DNA of 64,000 nucleotides from Eledone cirrhosa (GCA_964016885.1 OZ024746.1:3100001-3164000), one strand, 5' to 3'; counted from the first letter of the stretch, positions 39,654 to 53,063 are shown. The notes: generated by a model not told the origin, from the letters alone. Program-made: numbers and translations.

Positions 39654-41280
39654 CATATCTCAACTGGTTCCAGTTTTTTTATATTCTTCTTCTTTTATGC
39701 CATTTAGTATTAATGTTATTTCTCATATAAAATCAGTTACCTGCTTTTTATTTACTTAATTGTAGAAAATTGACCTATATAACATATTTTCCAACATCAA
39801 TATCTATTGTGGTAAACACTGTTTCATTCTATTGTGGTGAATTCTTGTTTCCCACATTTGAAAAACAGAAGCCAGTCACTAAATTGAATTGGCCACAGAA
39901 TTTGAGCTGATGACCTCAAGGCCAAATGTCTGATATCTTTTAAAAATTGTTATCACAAAGGAAACTAGATGAGTGACTGACTGAACAAAAAATTGTTTGT
40001 TGATGTTTCTTTCTGAGAAAACATTAGGTATTTCTATATTACTTTATGAATATATAAATTTAATTTAGAAATAGGGAAAAAAATTTTTTTTTCTTTCATA
40101 ACAATAGTTGTTGCCTGCAGCTTTGGCACTTTTAATAGAAAATTTAATTTGGCTGTTTTTAGCCACAGATGAATTTTTTTGAATGTTGATGGTTTTGTTC
40201 CTTTGAGAAATTGCACCATACTGAATTAACTAAGATTATTTTCTGTTCTTGAAATTTCAATATTTTTTGCATTTCTTTTTTCCTGTTTGGCATAGAAAAA
40301 ATGGAAATCGCTATCTTTATAGACTATGGGTGATGGAATAAACTTTGAAAATGTAAATGTTCTATTTGAAGTGTTCATGTACAGAATAATACAATTCTGA
40401 ATTAGAAATAAGTTAAGAAATTAATGTTAAAAGTCTGAATGCTATCCGCATACATTATTTACATATCATATGGCACTTCTATAAATATTAGATCTTTGCT
40501 TTCCTCTCAGAAGGTAAATTTGGATATAAGATCTAAAAGAAGCAATTCTAGATATTTACTTCAGTTCAAATAGAACTGTCTGGAATGTAAATATTTTATA
40601 TATTCAAGTATCAATGTTGTTTTATTTTGTTTATTCTTTTGTTATCCACAAGATAACATTTCTTTCTCAAAGTTGATAACATAGAATTTACAAAACTTAA
40701 TATGATATTTTCTAATATATATAAAATGTACAGTAAACTTTACAAAAGTGTGTTTTAGCCTTGCGAAAAGTAAACAAAATGGTTAAACCACGATTTTTCA
40801 CTTAAGTTTCACCTTACATTTCAAATTATCCTCATGTGTTCAATTAATTATGTATGATAATTTTCATGTCTGCTTTTCCATACTGAGTTGGATGAAATTT
40901 TTGTAATTCAATTTCTTTTTATTTGTTTCATGAATAAAATAACACGGACAAAAATATTATGAATAAAAATTACTCCTGCAGTTTCCATTCAGGGATATGC
41001 CACAGGCAGGTTATTGGTCTTATTCGCCTACTGACATTTTTGTTTATATTATTTTATTCACGTAATTTTCTGTCCATACAATAGCTGTCTAATGAGGTCA
41101 TAATTGTTAGGTAACAGTTACCATTGAAATACATATAACAGCAATTATGTAATCAATAAAATGATATAAATTCTAACCTACTGGCTTCTACTTCATTGTT
41201 ATACCGATACTCTGGAGTACACAGACCTACATGTATACTTCGTCAAGTGCTCTATCTACATGTACTAGTGTCGGTGTGCA

Positions 41281-41340
<60 letters not shown>

Positions 41341-41344
<4 letters not shown>

Positions 41345-41636
41345 CGGATCTTTATTTTGATATATATATATCAAAATAAAGATCCGAAGGCATGGTATAA
41401 ATTTCCAATCATTTTAATCACGACACATGTTTCAATAAGAGAACAAAACTCTAGTGAGTGAACATCGTTAGTTTTTCCTCCCTCATATCAAAGACTTGAA
41501 GGCATTTCATTATTCACCTGATGAGATCTGTGATAATCGATCATGACCACACGATCGATCTATCTCTTATTGAAACATGTGTCGTGATTAAAATGATTGG
41601 AAATTTATACCATGCCTTCGGATCTTTATTTTGATA
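41341..41636. mobile_element. Fold-back Penelope-like remnant
   Basis: 41341-41390 is a palindrome centred on (TA)n; 41369-41440 is inverted against about 41563-41636; contains a hammerhead. Confidence 0.75.
41511..41590 (+). ncRNA. Type I hammerhead ribozyme
   Basis: tattcac-CTGATGA-gat...att-GAAAC-atgt-GTC-gtgatta; stem I tcac/gtga, GUC triplet at 41581-41583, ACATGT palindrome in stem III, 47-nt domain II. Confidence 0.65.
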
Positions 41637-42301
41637 CAAATACTCCGTTTTACATCATCGAGCTGTTCCCATAAATGGAATTGGAGATATACAAAAGCGT
41701 GGAGAACTTAATATTGCTAACAAAAGTTTATTGGACCGTATGACACAACCAATAATACACCTTACTATATAACAACTATATCTATATACATATATATATA
41801 TATATACATTATCAAAGGAAGCTAATAGCGATACTCCGGCCAAATCCCAACTCACTCAACAAACATTAGGAAATAAGTGAGTATATTCTTAATTAAACGT
41901 TCAGGGTGCTAACTAATTATATTGTGTGGAAAATTGGCTGTATTATTTCATATGGGATATATCAAATATATCTCTTCCTAGACGGACGTCTCGTTTCATT
42001 ATAAGATTCCTACAAGTTGGGTGAAATTATACCAAGTTATGTAGAAGCTTGTATAAGATCAACAGATACTTATTCGAGTGGGCTCTTATAATACTTCAGT
42101 GGTGCCCAATAATATTAATATTGATAATCAAATCAACATCAATATTTAGCAATAATCACCATCAGTGCTTGAGGTAGCTGCTAGGTTGCTAGCCCAGCAG
42201 TTCTAAAGAAATTCTCATACAGTCTCAATATATATATATGTGTGTTTATCCTGGGTTCGGAAGTAACCACAGTAAGTAAGGTACTCAATACAAAGCAGAG
42301 T

Positions 42302-42430
42302 ATAAATATGTAATATAGAAAAGGTTTCTACAGGACTAGAACTGTTTCATTCATGAGAAATCATCCTGATGATTTCTCCCGTATGAAACAGTTCTAGACC
42401 TATAGAAGCCTTTTCTATATTACATATTTA
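42302..42430. repeat. About 128-bp near-perfect palindrome with a hammerhead remnant
   Basis: taaatatgtaatatagaaaagg...tcatc|ct|gatga...ccttttctatattacatattta. Confidence 0.9.
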
Positions 42431-42628
42431 TTAAAATAAGTAGGAATGAGGCGTCAGAGTATCATTAGTTTATTCAGGTGTGACGCACAGTCCGCTATTG
42501 ATTAGCTCAAGGTTCAATCTGTATCGATCTGGCTCAACTCCTTAATCAAAAGCTCATCAGACTCTTGGTTTATGATGGGAGATGTGTACAGCTTTACAAA
42601 AATAATTTCACGTCCAGTTGGGATTTTG
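42430..42628. repeat. 199-bp inverted repeat, right copy
   Basis: Reverse complement of 39402-39600. Confidence 0.92.
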
Positions 42629-42734
42629 ATTGGTTGTATTGTTTAGGGGAGATAGGTTATTCGAGAGGGGGAGGGGGGGGGGGGGGCAGAGAAAAGGAAG
42701 AAAATGATGTGAAAGGAGAAGGGAGATATGTATA

Positions 42735-43599
42735 TCTATATATATAAAACTGTGGTTGTCTGTCTGTCTATCGATTTTTGGCACACATCTCTTAGAATCT
42801 CTCACGGAATTGCACCGAAATTGCTATACTTGTACATTGAGCCCTAGCGAAGACATCGGAAAAAAAAAAATTTCAAATTGACCCACCCTATGTGACGAAA
42901 TCGAATATAATGTATCGATTTTTGAGCGTAAGTTATCAGTTATTTCCCTTTGTTCTGTTTACATTGAGCGTCTTACGTAAAAAATTACGCTGGCTTTAAC
43001 AGTTGTCGAGCCAGCAAAATATTGACCTGCAAAATTCATCAGTTCGAACACTAAGCTTCCGTTTTGCTTCATTTCCATTTAAAAGCATTTTAAAACAATA
43101 TTTTTACTTGAAAACAAGTCTATTTAAAGACTACGTAAAACAAGCAAATATTTCGTCGTTAGGCGTGCAGACAGACAGTCGTGCAGAGAGGTGATATAGG
43201 CGTGCAGACAGACAGTCGTGCAGAGAGGTGATATAGGCGTGCAGACAGACAGTCGTGCAGAGAGGTGATATAGGCGTGCAGACAGACATAACTGATAATT
43301 TGGTTACGCTAATGTTTTTCTCTGCGTTGCAGTGTTTACATTTTCGATCTTTGTTAATAAATAACCATAACCAGTGCAGTTTTTATCCCCAGCATCCTCT
43401 TTTGTTATAACATTCGGGTTATCGTTATGTTTTCTTAACTTCATAAGGCATATTGTTGGTTGAGGGAATATTAATCAAAAACACCACATGCAAGTCTGCA
43501 CAGTAGACACTACAGTTTTTAAGCCAAAAAAGAAATTTAACATTGTAACTTTAACACAGCTACTGAGCGACCCCGAGCAACGCCGGGCTTTACTGCTAG
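42735..43599 (+). mobile_element. Non-autonomous Helitron
   Basis: A|TCtatatatataaaa start with (TGTC)n; 3' hairpin cccgagcaacgccggg then CTAG|T; no TSD; CpG-rich relative to its flanks. Confidence 0.85.
43160..43288. repeat. 37-bp tandem repeat (about 3.5 copies) inside the Helitron
   Basis: Unit taggcgtgcagacagacagtcgtgcagagaggtgata. Confidence 0.95.
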
Positions 43600-43718
43600 T
43601 ATATATTAAAAACAAAACAAGATTTCACATTGTCTTTATTGATTATACACAGTTACAGTCGTAACTGCATAATCAATAAAGACCTTAATGTGAAACCTCA
43701 TTTTATTTTTAATATATA
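43600..43718. repeat. Imperfect palindrome bounded by TA runs
   Basis: tatatattaaaaa..tttcacatt.gtctttattgattat..cagttac(agtc)gtaactg..ataatcaataaagac..aatgtgaaa..tttttaatatata. Confidence 0.8.
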
Positions 43719-43783
43719 CACTGCCACAGCATAGAGTGCTGATTTTGGTACCTTCCTCAAATCTACAGAGCCACTTATATATA

Positions 43784-44648
43784 CAGGCTGCCGACCATAT
43801 TTGTTGGCAAGATGTCTAGGAAAAAGTAACACAGTAATTTTATTTTTTAAGATACATTTATCAAACTTGGGTCAGTTTGTCTTCATGACTTGTTCTTTTG
43901 ATCTCATTCGATAAACCCGCCATTGGCTTTGATGACGGCCTCGGAACCGGCTACAGGCCTTTGTCACTGTCCCCCTAAAGGCACTTGTGATCCTGGCCTT
44001 CAGATCGTCTTTCGTATTGCAGCTAGATCTGTTGGTATCTCGTTCCACTGCGCCCCACACAAAGAAGTCAAGGGGGTTGCAGTCAGGCGAGCTGGGAGGC
44101 CAGATGTCAGGTGAAGTGTGGTCGACGAAGTTCTCTGACAGCCAGGCTTGGGTTTTCGGCTGGTATGGCAGGGCGCTGAGTCTTGCTGCCACACGTACGG
44201 CCTACCTGTAGCTACCTGGTTGATCCAGGGCTTTACTACATTGCTCAGAATGCGGATGTAGCCATCGGTGTTCAGCTTGAGGCCCTCAGGGAAGAAGTGA
44301 GGTGGCATGACGTCACCTTCACTACTGACGACACCTAAGACCAATGTTGTCGCTGGAAACTTTGTCTGCATGACTCTGGACACGTCTTTGGATGAGACAG
44401 CGAGCCACCTGTTGTTCTGGGAGTTTATCTTCTGGTCCTTATTTGTCCTCTCGGCGCGGATTCCAAGAAGAACTCTGTGTCTCTTCCACAAATTTGGAGG
44501 TTCAAAATTATTCATAATCAATTATTATGAAAATAAATAATGGAAATATAGTCACTGTTTTTATGAGGACAAGAGTGACAAAGGAAGTAAAAAAAATTTG
44601 CATAAAATTAGCAGTTGAAAATTGCGAACAAATATCGTCCACACCCTG
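43784..44648 (-). mobile_element. Internally deleted Tc1/mariner element, DD37D (maT) family
   Basis: TA TSD; imperfect 27-bp TIRs caggctgccgaccatatttgttggcaa / ttgcgaacaaatatcgtccacaccctg. Confidence 0.9.
43900..44521 (-). pseudogene. DD37D transposase pseudogene
   Basis: VWQQDSAPCH and WPPSSPDCNPLDFFVW lie in different frames; repairing one frameshift gives 37 residues between the second and third Asp. Most of the HTH region and the first Asp appear deleted. Confidence 0.9.
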
Positions 44649-46507
44649 TATATAGGAAAATAGTCAGGACCCTGATGGCTGAGCTCTGGCTGTTTCAACA
44701 GCTAGATCCACACTTTGTTTATATATATATAGTTACATTTTACTTTCATCGAAGTTTTGTAGTTCTCTCATATGTTGCAATTATTTTCTGATGAACACAA
44801 ACATGCACTCTCATTCTTCTTGCCAGTTCTATTTAATAACAGATTCAAAAGTTATCTTTAATGGATTAACTATTATAGAATGCAAATGTTATTGGTATGG
44901 TTGGCTGGATAAATAACAATATCTTTATGACAGCTATTTTTAGTTGGTTTGTAATCTGAAGAATAAAGAAACATAAAAAAAAAAAAGACTTGATGTACTT
45001 GATATATTTGTATTTCAATAGATAGAAAGCAGTTTTGACTCCAGCATGATTTGAACTCAGATACTTCTATCATCTGTCTGTATAAATATATTATTTCTAC
45101 ATTTTACGGAACAAACATCTATATAGTTAATGGGATGTTTGAAGGTATTAGCTGTTGTGGTTAAAACAAACTAAAATAATAGCACTAACCTCGCATATAC
45201 TTTTGAAATAAATTTTAAAACATTTTTCTTAAAAAATATTTCTTAGTATAAATGATTAGGAGGTTAATAATGTGTCAGAGGAAGTAACAAAGCAGGACGC
45301 TATTGATTTAATAATTCTGAGTCATCGAGGAATAAACCTTTGCATGCTTACTCGAAACTAACTCTTAGTTGTTAGCTATACATGTATATATGAATTTACG
45401 CACCAATATATACATGAATATGCACATATAGACATGTATGCACATGCTCTGTCTCTCTCTCTAGCCCTTTTTTCTATTGATACCCCAAATTTATTGGACA
45501 CTCTTCTTTGTATGTGTACATATATCTGTAGGTATGGGACATGTGCACATGTTTTAGATAAACCTTTTTTTCTATAGAATATTGTAATCCCAAACACTGT
45601 AAACATAAAACTTCTATTTATACTGCTTCCTACTCTTCACTTCTCTCTCTCTCTCCTAAAATAGAAGTCTTTGTCTGCATGTATGTTCTCTGCTTCACTG
45701 CTTGCTTCTTTCTCTATTCACACTCTCCTTTCTTCTCCTCTTCTTTCTCTTATCAAAAGAAAGGATTACATGCTTGTGCAATATGCTTGGCACACCATTT
45801 GCTGTTTTTTCTTTTCTTTTTTTCTCATTGTTTGCTCAAGTGTGGGTCAAAGCCACTGGTTGATCAATAATGATAGTGAAAGACAAAGAGTTAAGTAGAA
45901 AAAACTAACACGTGCATCCCTTACTCTCCACCATTCTCTATCTGTGAAGGTTGATGTTGATAACTAGTCCCTACCCTAAAATTGATTCTTAATCCTTTTG
46001 TGACTATATTTCATATGGAATACACTGTATGTTTCAATTACCTGTATATATTCAAATATAAGCTGAGGAATATGTGACCCAAAAAATCGATGGCAAAATG
46101 ATAGGTCGACTTATGTTTGGGTCAGTATTTTAATGATTTTCATCAACTTCAAATTCTCTATAAATAAGCTGCTAAGATATCTGGAGTGTTTATTTCACAA
46201 TGAAACATTGTTTTTCTACATTTACTATATCGTCATGAGTGTTAAGTATGCATTGAGAACATTCCTAACAAAATTTGTATTATTTGAAATTTTTTAATAC
46301 ATAAATATCCCCTACACATATATCTGTACATGTGCTGACTGTTTTTCTATGTGCCTTAATTATACTTTTTCTTTCACTCTGCCCCGCCTCCCTCTCACTT
46401 GTCTCTTCCTCACCCTTCTACTCCCTATTCATTTCGATCTCCTCCTAGTGTATTTTGGAAGGCAAGAATGTTTTTACATGAAAGTCTTTAATTTAAATTG
46501 AGCAGTT

Positions 46508-46734
46508 TTAACCCTTTAGTGTTCAAACCGGCCAAAACTGGCCAGAATTCTCTATCTCCTTCTGTTGAAACTGGCTGTAACTGGTTACTGAAATTGATGT
46601 TAAGGTATTGTTATCAAAATAAATACTTTCAAAATCTCATAGATTCGATATTATGTGAGATATTATGTGAGGTAAAGCCTTTACCATGAAAATATAATAG
46701 TAAATATAGAGTAATGTGAATGCTAAAGGGTTAA
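46508..46734 (+). mobile_element. TTAA-flanked MITE, family A
   Basis: ttaaccctttagtgttca ... tgaatgctaaagggttaa. Confidence 0.88.
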
Positions 46735-47230
46735 AACAAGTTGTTTTGTATCATGGAACCTGAGGTGGCCATAGGCAGGTTGGAATCAAAAGGGATAAAC
46801 ATCAATTTTAGGTTGAGGTGAGGGGAGGAGTCAAAACAAGATGTAGCAAAGTTACATCTTCTATTGGCTTCACTATAACATGGCTTTGTTTTAGTGTTTT
46901 CCTCTCACTGGACCTCATTATATAGTTGTCAACAATGATAATGTTATATCAAATGATGAGTCTATTGATTTGATAATGCTGCTTTCTTTACACTTCAATA
47001 ACCTCAGTCTTATATCTCTTCCTACTTTCTACTTACATGTGATTGTGTGAGATGTGTCTGTCTGTCTGTCTGTGTGTCTGTTAGTTACCTAACTGTTCAT
47101 TTAGAAATCCAGTTGTTTCACAGACTGTTTTGTGGCATGTATTAAGTCATGTGAATGAAATTTGGTAGGAGAAAACTGGTGGCTTGTTGTGTGTGTGTGT
47201 GTGTGTACGCATGTTCGAGCATGTGTGTGC

Positions 47231-47262
<32 letters not shown>

Positions 47263-48282
47263 CACTAGGAAATGGCAGAATCAGTGTGTCAAACAAAAAT
47301 ACCTTGTGGTAGTTAGTTCCATATTAGTTACACCCCTTTATGCCTAGATTGACTTTGCTGTTCCACTTCAAGCTGCTAAAATAAATAGCAGACGAAAATA
47401 TAATTGAATCCCTTGAAAATTGTGCCCCAGCATAGCTGCTGTATTATAAATGGAAGAAAAAATAATTACACCTCCACACACATACACACACCTACCTCTG
47501 CATGTTGTTAGTTTATTATTCATAAAATCCCCATATATTTTCACATTAGATTTACCTATGTACTATAAGTTTTACCTGCTCTCTTTTTTTTTTTTAACGT
47601 TTTTCTCCTTAATCCAACCACACCTTAATTTTTTGTTGTTTTACTTTTATATTTACTCGTAAAGAATATTAGATTACATAATTGTTCTCCCCTCTCTCTC
47701 TCTCCTTAACCCCCTCCCCCTTCTCCTCATCTTCAAGTAGTATTTTTCATGGAGGTTGACTAGAAAAGAATTCTTCATCTTTAGAAATATATTTCAGTTA
47801 TGTTTTCCACAACAATTAGTTTCTTCCATTCTATTTGTCACCTCTTCTGTCTGTTTTACATTCTTTTTTTTTTTTGTTTCTCTATTGTACTTACAATGAG
47901 TGTCATTCTAATTACTCTGGCCATTTTACTCTTGTGGAGGGAAGTGTCAATTTCATAACATTAATGATTAAAATCCAACTGTAAAATAATACTTAAATCT
48001 ATTTACTTTGTGTTAATGTAGACAATAAATATTGTAAAATTCCAATATTAGCTTTAATCTGGTGAATAATTGTATTTTACTTGTGAGAATCAAGGTAGAG
48101 TTTTTCAAAACAAAGGGATAGTGAGAGAGAAAGATAATGAGATTTAAGATAGATACAATTTGAGAGGGGTGGTGTGGGGAGAGAGGGTGTGGGAAGAGAA
48201 AGGGGGGTAATGAATGTATTTACAGTCTTTTCTTTTTCCTCTTTCAAATGATTGTTGTATAGAAGAGAGAATCACTGTTTAG

Positions 48283-49470
48283 TTATTTCTTTCTAAAGTC
48301 TCTCTTTTGCCCTTGCAGGAGTTTGACAATGATATTGTCACGCCAGTCTTTAAGGATGATACTTTCCTCTACTACCTGATTGATTAGGTAAGTGACTATC
48401 ACAAATGACTCTACTTCACTGGTTATTTTCAACATCACAGTGACTCTTTTCATGCTTTCCCTGATTAGCCCTTTCAGTTGTACAGTTGTTGATTCCAATA
48501 GCTGGTCCTTCTCTTACATCTACTTGGAACAGTCCCTTCTTTTCCTACACATTTCAACTCTTGACACTCTGCTGCTTTTCAATCTGGAGCACCTCATGTC
48601 TCTGAACCTCGCGTCTCTTAGCCTCACATCTCTTAGTCTTGAAACTATCTAATGTTACTTTACCTTCTTTCCATTCTTTCTCAAACTATCTCTGAGTTAG
48701 CTTTTATGAGACCATACTTGATTCATAATTCTGGTATGTTGCTAACTGCAGGTTGTCTCACAGAAAGTCCTGTTATCCCAGTGTTGTGGATGCATTTTTC
48801 ATCAGAGAAAAATTTTGTATTCACAAATATGTCTGTCCCATCTGGCTTGTGTGTTTGCCTGAGAAGTAGGTGATTGGGCTGACCAGTTTCTTGATGTTAG
48901 TATTGAAAATAGCTCATTTGCATCACCCAAGACTCTTCATTCCTCTTTATTCAATGTACCATATAATCATAGCCTACATTATCATCATCACTGTCATTTT
49001 AACATCCACTTTCCTTGCTAGCAATGGTTGGACGGGTCCATATAGACCAAGTCAGTACTGAAGCGGAGCCATTGATCTCCCTAGCAGGCTAGGGACCTAT
49101 GCGCTTACGCATGGTCTTGCGTTCCATCAAAATTGCCATCATTGTGTTGCCTAATATATCCATTAAAGTCACCAGTCCTGATTGCAAGGTTGCTGTCATT
49201 TGTTATCGAAGTAGTCTTAAAAAGGTCCTTTTACTCATCTGTCAATATTAATTGTGGTACATATCTAAATATCACTGTTTTCTGCCTTGTCAGCCGTTTA
49301 GCCAAAGTTTGATTATTCTGACTACTTTCACTGCTATCTATCAATTTCTCTGCAAACAGTATGCCGATTCCACCAACTCCAGTGTTACCCAGAAAAAACT
49401 ATCTGTGTTCCTTGCCACTGAAGATAGTTAAGCTATCCTCCATCGCAACTCCTGAATGATAGAGATGAGC
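48283..49470 (-). mobile_element. Decayed RTE-clade LINE (endonuclease to pre-RT region), interrupted by a SINE/LINE tail at about 48975-49050
   Basis: Minus strand IQELR (about 49445), GDFNG (about 49165), LINQVVEESIILKDWRDNIIVKL (ORF 48283-48498). Confidence 0.8.
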
Positions 49471-49937
49471 TAGAGATACGAGTTGAAATATTTGTCATGG
49501 AGAGGTTTGTATGTTAGAGGAGGTGTGTAGGCTGTTAGTTTGATCAGTTTGGGGATGTTAGAGAAGGGGATTGAGAATTGTCCAACATGTTCAGACTTAG
49601 TCATCTAGGGAGTGTTGAGGGTGTTGGTGCACTGTAAGGTTTTCATAGCCTCTGCTGGCAACCTTGTTTGATTGCTTCCAACAGAGCAATCTCTGTTAAA
49701 GGTAACCATGAGTCAGATAGTGATGTTAAACTGGACAACATCGTGTACCTCCTCCTTTAAAAAAAGAGAGGAATCTTCTACACTATATACAACAGAAATT
49801 CATTAAATAAATGACTCAGTCAAATGTATTCACATATTTATATATAGACACACACCACACACCAACGTATACATACATAGATGTACACTTTCATAAACAG
49901 TGTAATCTCAGAAAAACAATTTAACTTCCTATGTTAG

Positions 49938-52730
49938 CTAATACCACCATATATCCTATCAATCTTTCTAGTACCACCATATATTCTATCAATCTTTCTA
50001 ATACCACCATATATTCTATCAATCTTTCTAGTACCACCATATATCCTATCAATCTTTCTAGTACCACCATATATTCTATCAATCTTTCTAATACCACCAT
50101 ATATTCTATCAATCTTTCTAATACCACCATATATCCTATCAATCTTTCTAATACCACCATATATTCTATCAATCTTTCTAATACGACCATATATCCTATC
50201 AATCTTTCTAATACTACCATATATTCTATCAATCTTTCTAATACCACCATATATCCTATCAATCTTTCTAATACCACCATATATCCTATCAATCTTTCTA
50301 ATACGACCATATACTCTATCAATCTTTCTAGTACCACGATATATCCTATCAATCTTTCTAATACCACCATATATCCTATCAATCTTTCTAATACCACCAT
50401 ATATCCTATCAATCTTTCTAGTACCACCATATATCCTATCAATCTTTCTAATACCACCATATATCCTATCAATCTTTCTAATACCACCATATATCCTATC
50501 AATCTTTCTAGTACCACCATATATCCTATCAATCTTTCTAGTACCACCATATATCCTATCAATCTTTCTAATACCACCATATATTCTATCAATCTTTCTA
50601 ATACCACCATATATCCTATCAATCTTTCTAGTACCACCATATATCCTATCAATCTTTCTAGTACCACCATATATCCTATCAATCTTTCTAGTACCACCAT
50701 ATATCCTATCAATCTTTCTAATACCACCATATATCCTATCAATCTTTCTAATACCACCATATATCCTATCAATCTTTCTAGTACCACCATATATCCTATC
50801 AATCTTTCTAGTACCACCATATATCCTATCAATCTTTCTAATACCACCATATATTCTATCAATCTTTCTAATACCACCATATATCCTATCAATCTTTCTA
50901 GTACCACCATATATCCTATCAATCTTTCTAATACCACCATATATCCTATCAATCTTTCTAGTACCACCATATATCCTATCAATCTTTCTAGTACCACCAT
51001 ATATCCTATCAATCTTTCTAATACCACCATATATCCTATCAATCTTTCTAATACCACCATATATCCTATCAATCTTTCTAGTACCACCATATATCCTATC
51101 AATCTTTCTAATACCACCATATATCCTATCAATCTTTCTAATACCACCATATATCCTATCAATCTTTCTAGTACCACCATATATCCTATCAATCTTTCTA
51201 GTACCACCATATATCCTATCAATCTTGCTAATACCACCATATATCCTATCAATCTTTCTAATACCACCATATATCCTATCAATCTTTCTAATACCACCAT
51301 ATATCCTATCAATCTTTCTAGTACCACCATATATCCTATCAATCTTTCTAATACCACCATATATCCTATCAATCTTTCTAATACCACCATATATTCTATC
51401 AATCTTTCTAATACCACCATATATCCTATCAATCTTTCTAGTACCACCATATATCCTATCAATCTTTCTAGTACCACCATATATCCTATCAATCTTTCTA
51501 ATACCACCATATATCCTATCAATCTTTCTAATACCACCATATATCCTATCAATCTTTCTAGTACCACCATATATCCTATCAATCTTTCTAATACCACCAT
51601 ATATCCTATCAATCTTTCTAATACCACCATATATCCTATCAATCTTTCTAATACCACCATATATTCTATCAATCTTTCTAATACCACCATATATTCTATC
51701 AATCTTTCTAGTACCACCATATATCCTATCAATCTTTCTAATACCACCATATATTCTATCAATCTTTCTAATACCACCATATATTCTATCAATCTTTCTA
51801 GTACCACCATATATCCTATCAATCTTTCTAGTACCACCATATATTCTATCAATCTTTCTAATACCACCATATATCCTATCAATCTTTCTAGTACCACCAT
51901 ATATCCTATCAATCTTTCTAATACCACCATATATCCTATCAATCTTTCTAATACCACCATATATTCTATCAATCTTTCTAATACCACCATATATTCTATC
52001 AATCTTTCTAGTACCACCATATATCCTATCAATCTTTCTAATACCACCATATATTCTATCAATCTTTCTAATACCACCATATATCCTATCAATCTTTCTA
52101 ATACCACCATATATTCTATCAATCTTTCTAATACCACCATATATCCTATCAATCTTTCTAGTACCACCATATATCCTATCAATCTTTCTAATACCACCAT
52201 ATATTCTATCAATCTTTCTAATACCACCATATATCCTATCAATCTTTCTAATACCACCATATATTCTATCAATCTTTCTAATACCACCATATATCCTATC
52301 AATCTTTCTAATACCACCATATATCCTATCAATCTTTCTAATACCACCATATATCCTATCAATCTTTCTAGTACCACCATATATCCTATCAATCTTTCTA
52401 ATACCACCATATACTCTATCAATCTTTCTAGTACCACGATATATCCTATCAATCTTTCTAATACCACCATATATCCTATCAATCTTTCTAATACCACCAT
52501 ATATCCTATCAATCTTTCTAATACCACCATATACTCTATCAATCTTTCTAGTACCACGATATATCCTATCAATCTTTCTAATACCACCATATACTCTATC
52601 AATCTTTCTAGTACCACGATATATCCTATCAATCTTTCTAATACCACCATATATCCTATCAATCTTTCTAATACCACCATATATTCTATCAATCTTTCTA
52701 GTACCACCATATATTCTATCAATCTTTCTA
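49938..52730. repeat. 30-bp minisatellite, about 93 copies
   Basis: Unit ctaataccaccatatatcctatcaatcttt with no indels; variants a/g, tcc/ttc/ctc and rare cga. Confidence 0.98.
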
Positions 52731-53063
52731 AAGTTGTTGACAGTAGAAGGATGAACGCCACAAGACTTCAAACAGTATATTGAAGACATTGGTAGTGGGA
52801 GGTGTAAGAGAACGCTGGTAGCGACAATAACAGTCAATTAAGCAATCTCTAAATTGATTCAGTAGTTTTTAACATCATCTACTTATCTATTTTATCAATA
52901 GATTTTACTTCTCCATTGGTGTTTACATTTTCTGACAGTTTTTTTAATTTCTATTTTTCCATTGTGTTAGGGGGTATGTGATCTACCTGGAAATTTACAA
53001 TACTCATTCCCAAATATTAGATTGCGGTTAAGTTAATTAGTGTTTCCATAACCCAAATTGTGT

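Noticed and set aside
49921-52837. Four ORFs of 509-967 aa as genes
   Set aside because: They arise because the 30-bp unit is a multiple of 3 and lacks stops in four frames; they overlap on both strands and have no recognisable domain.
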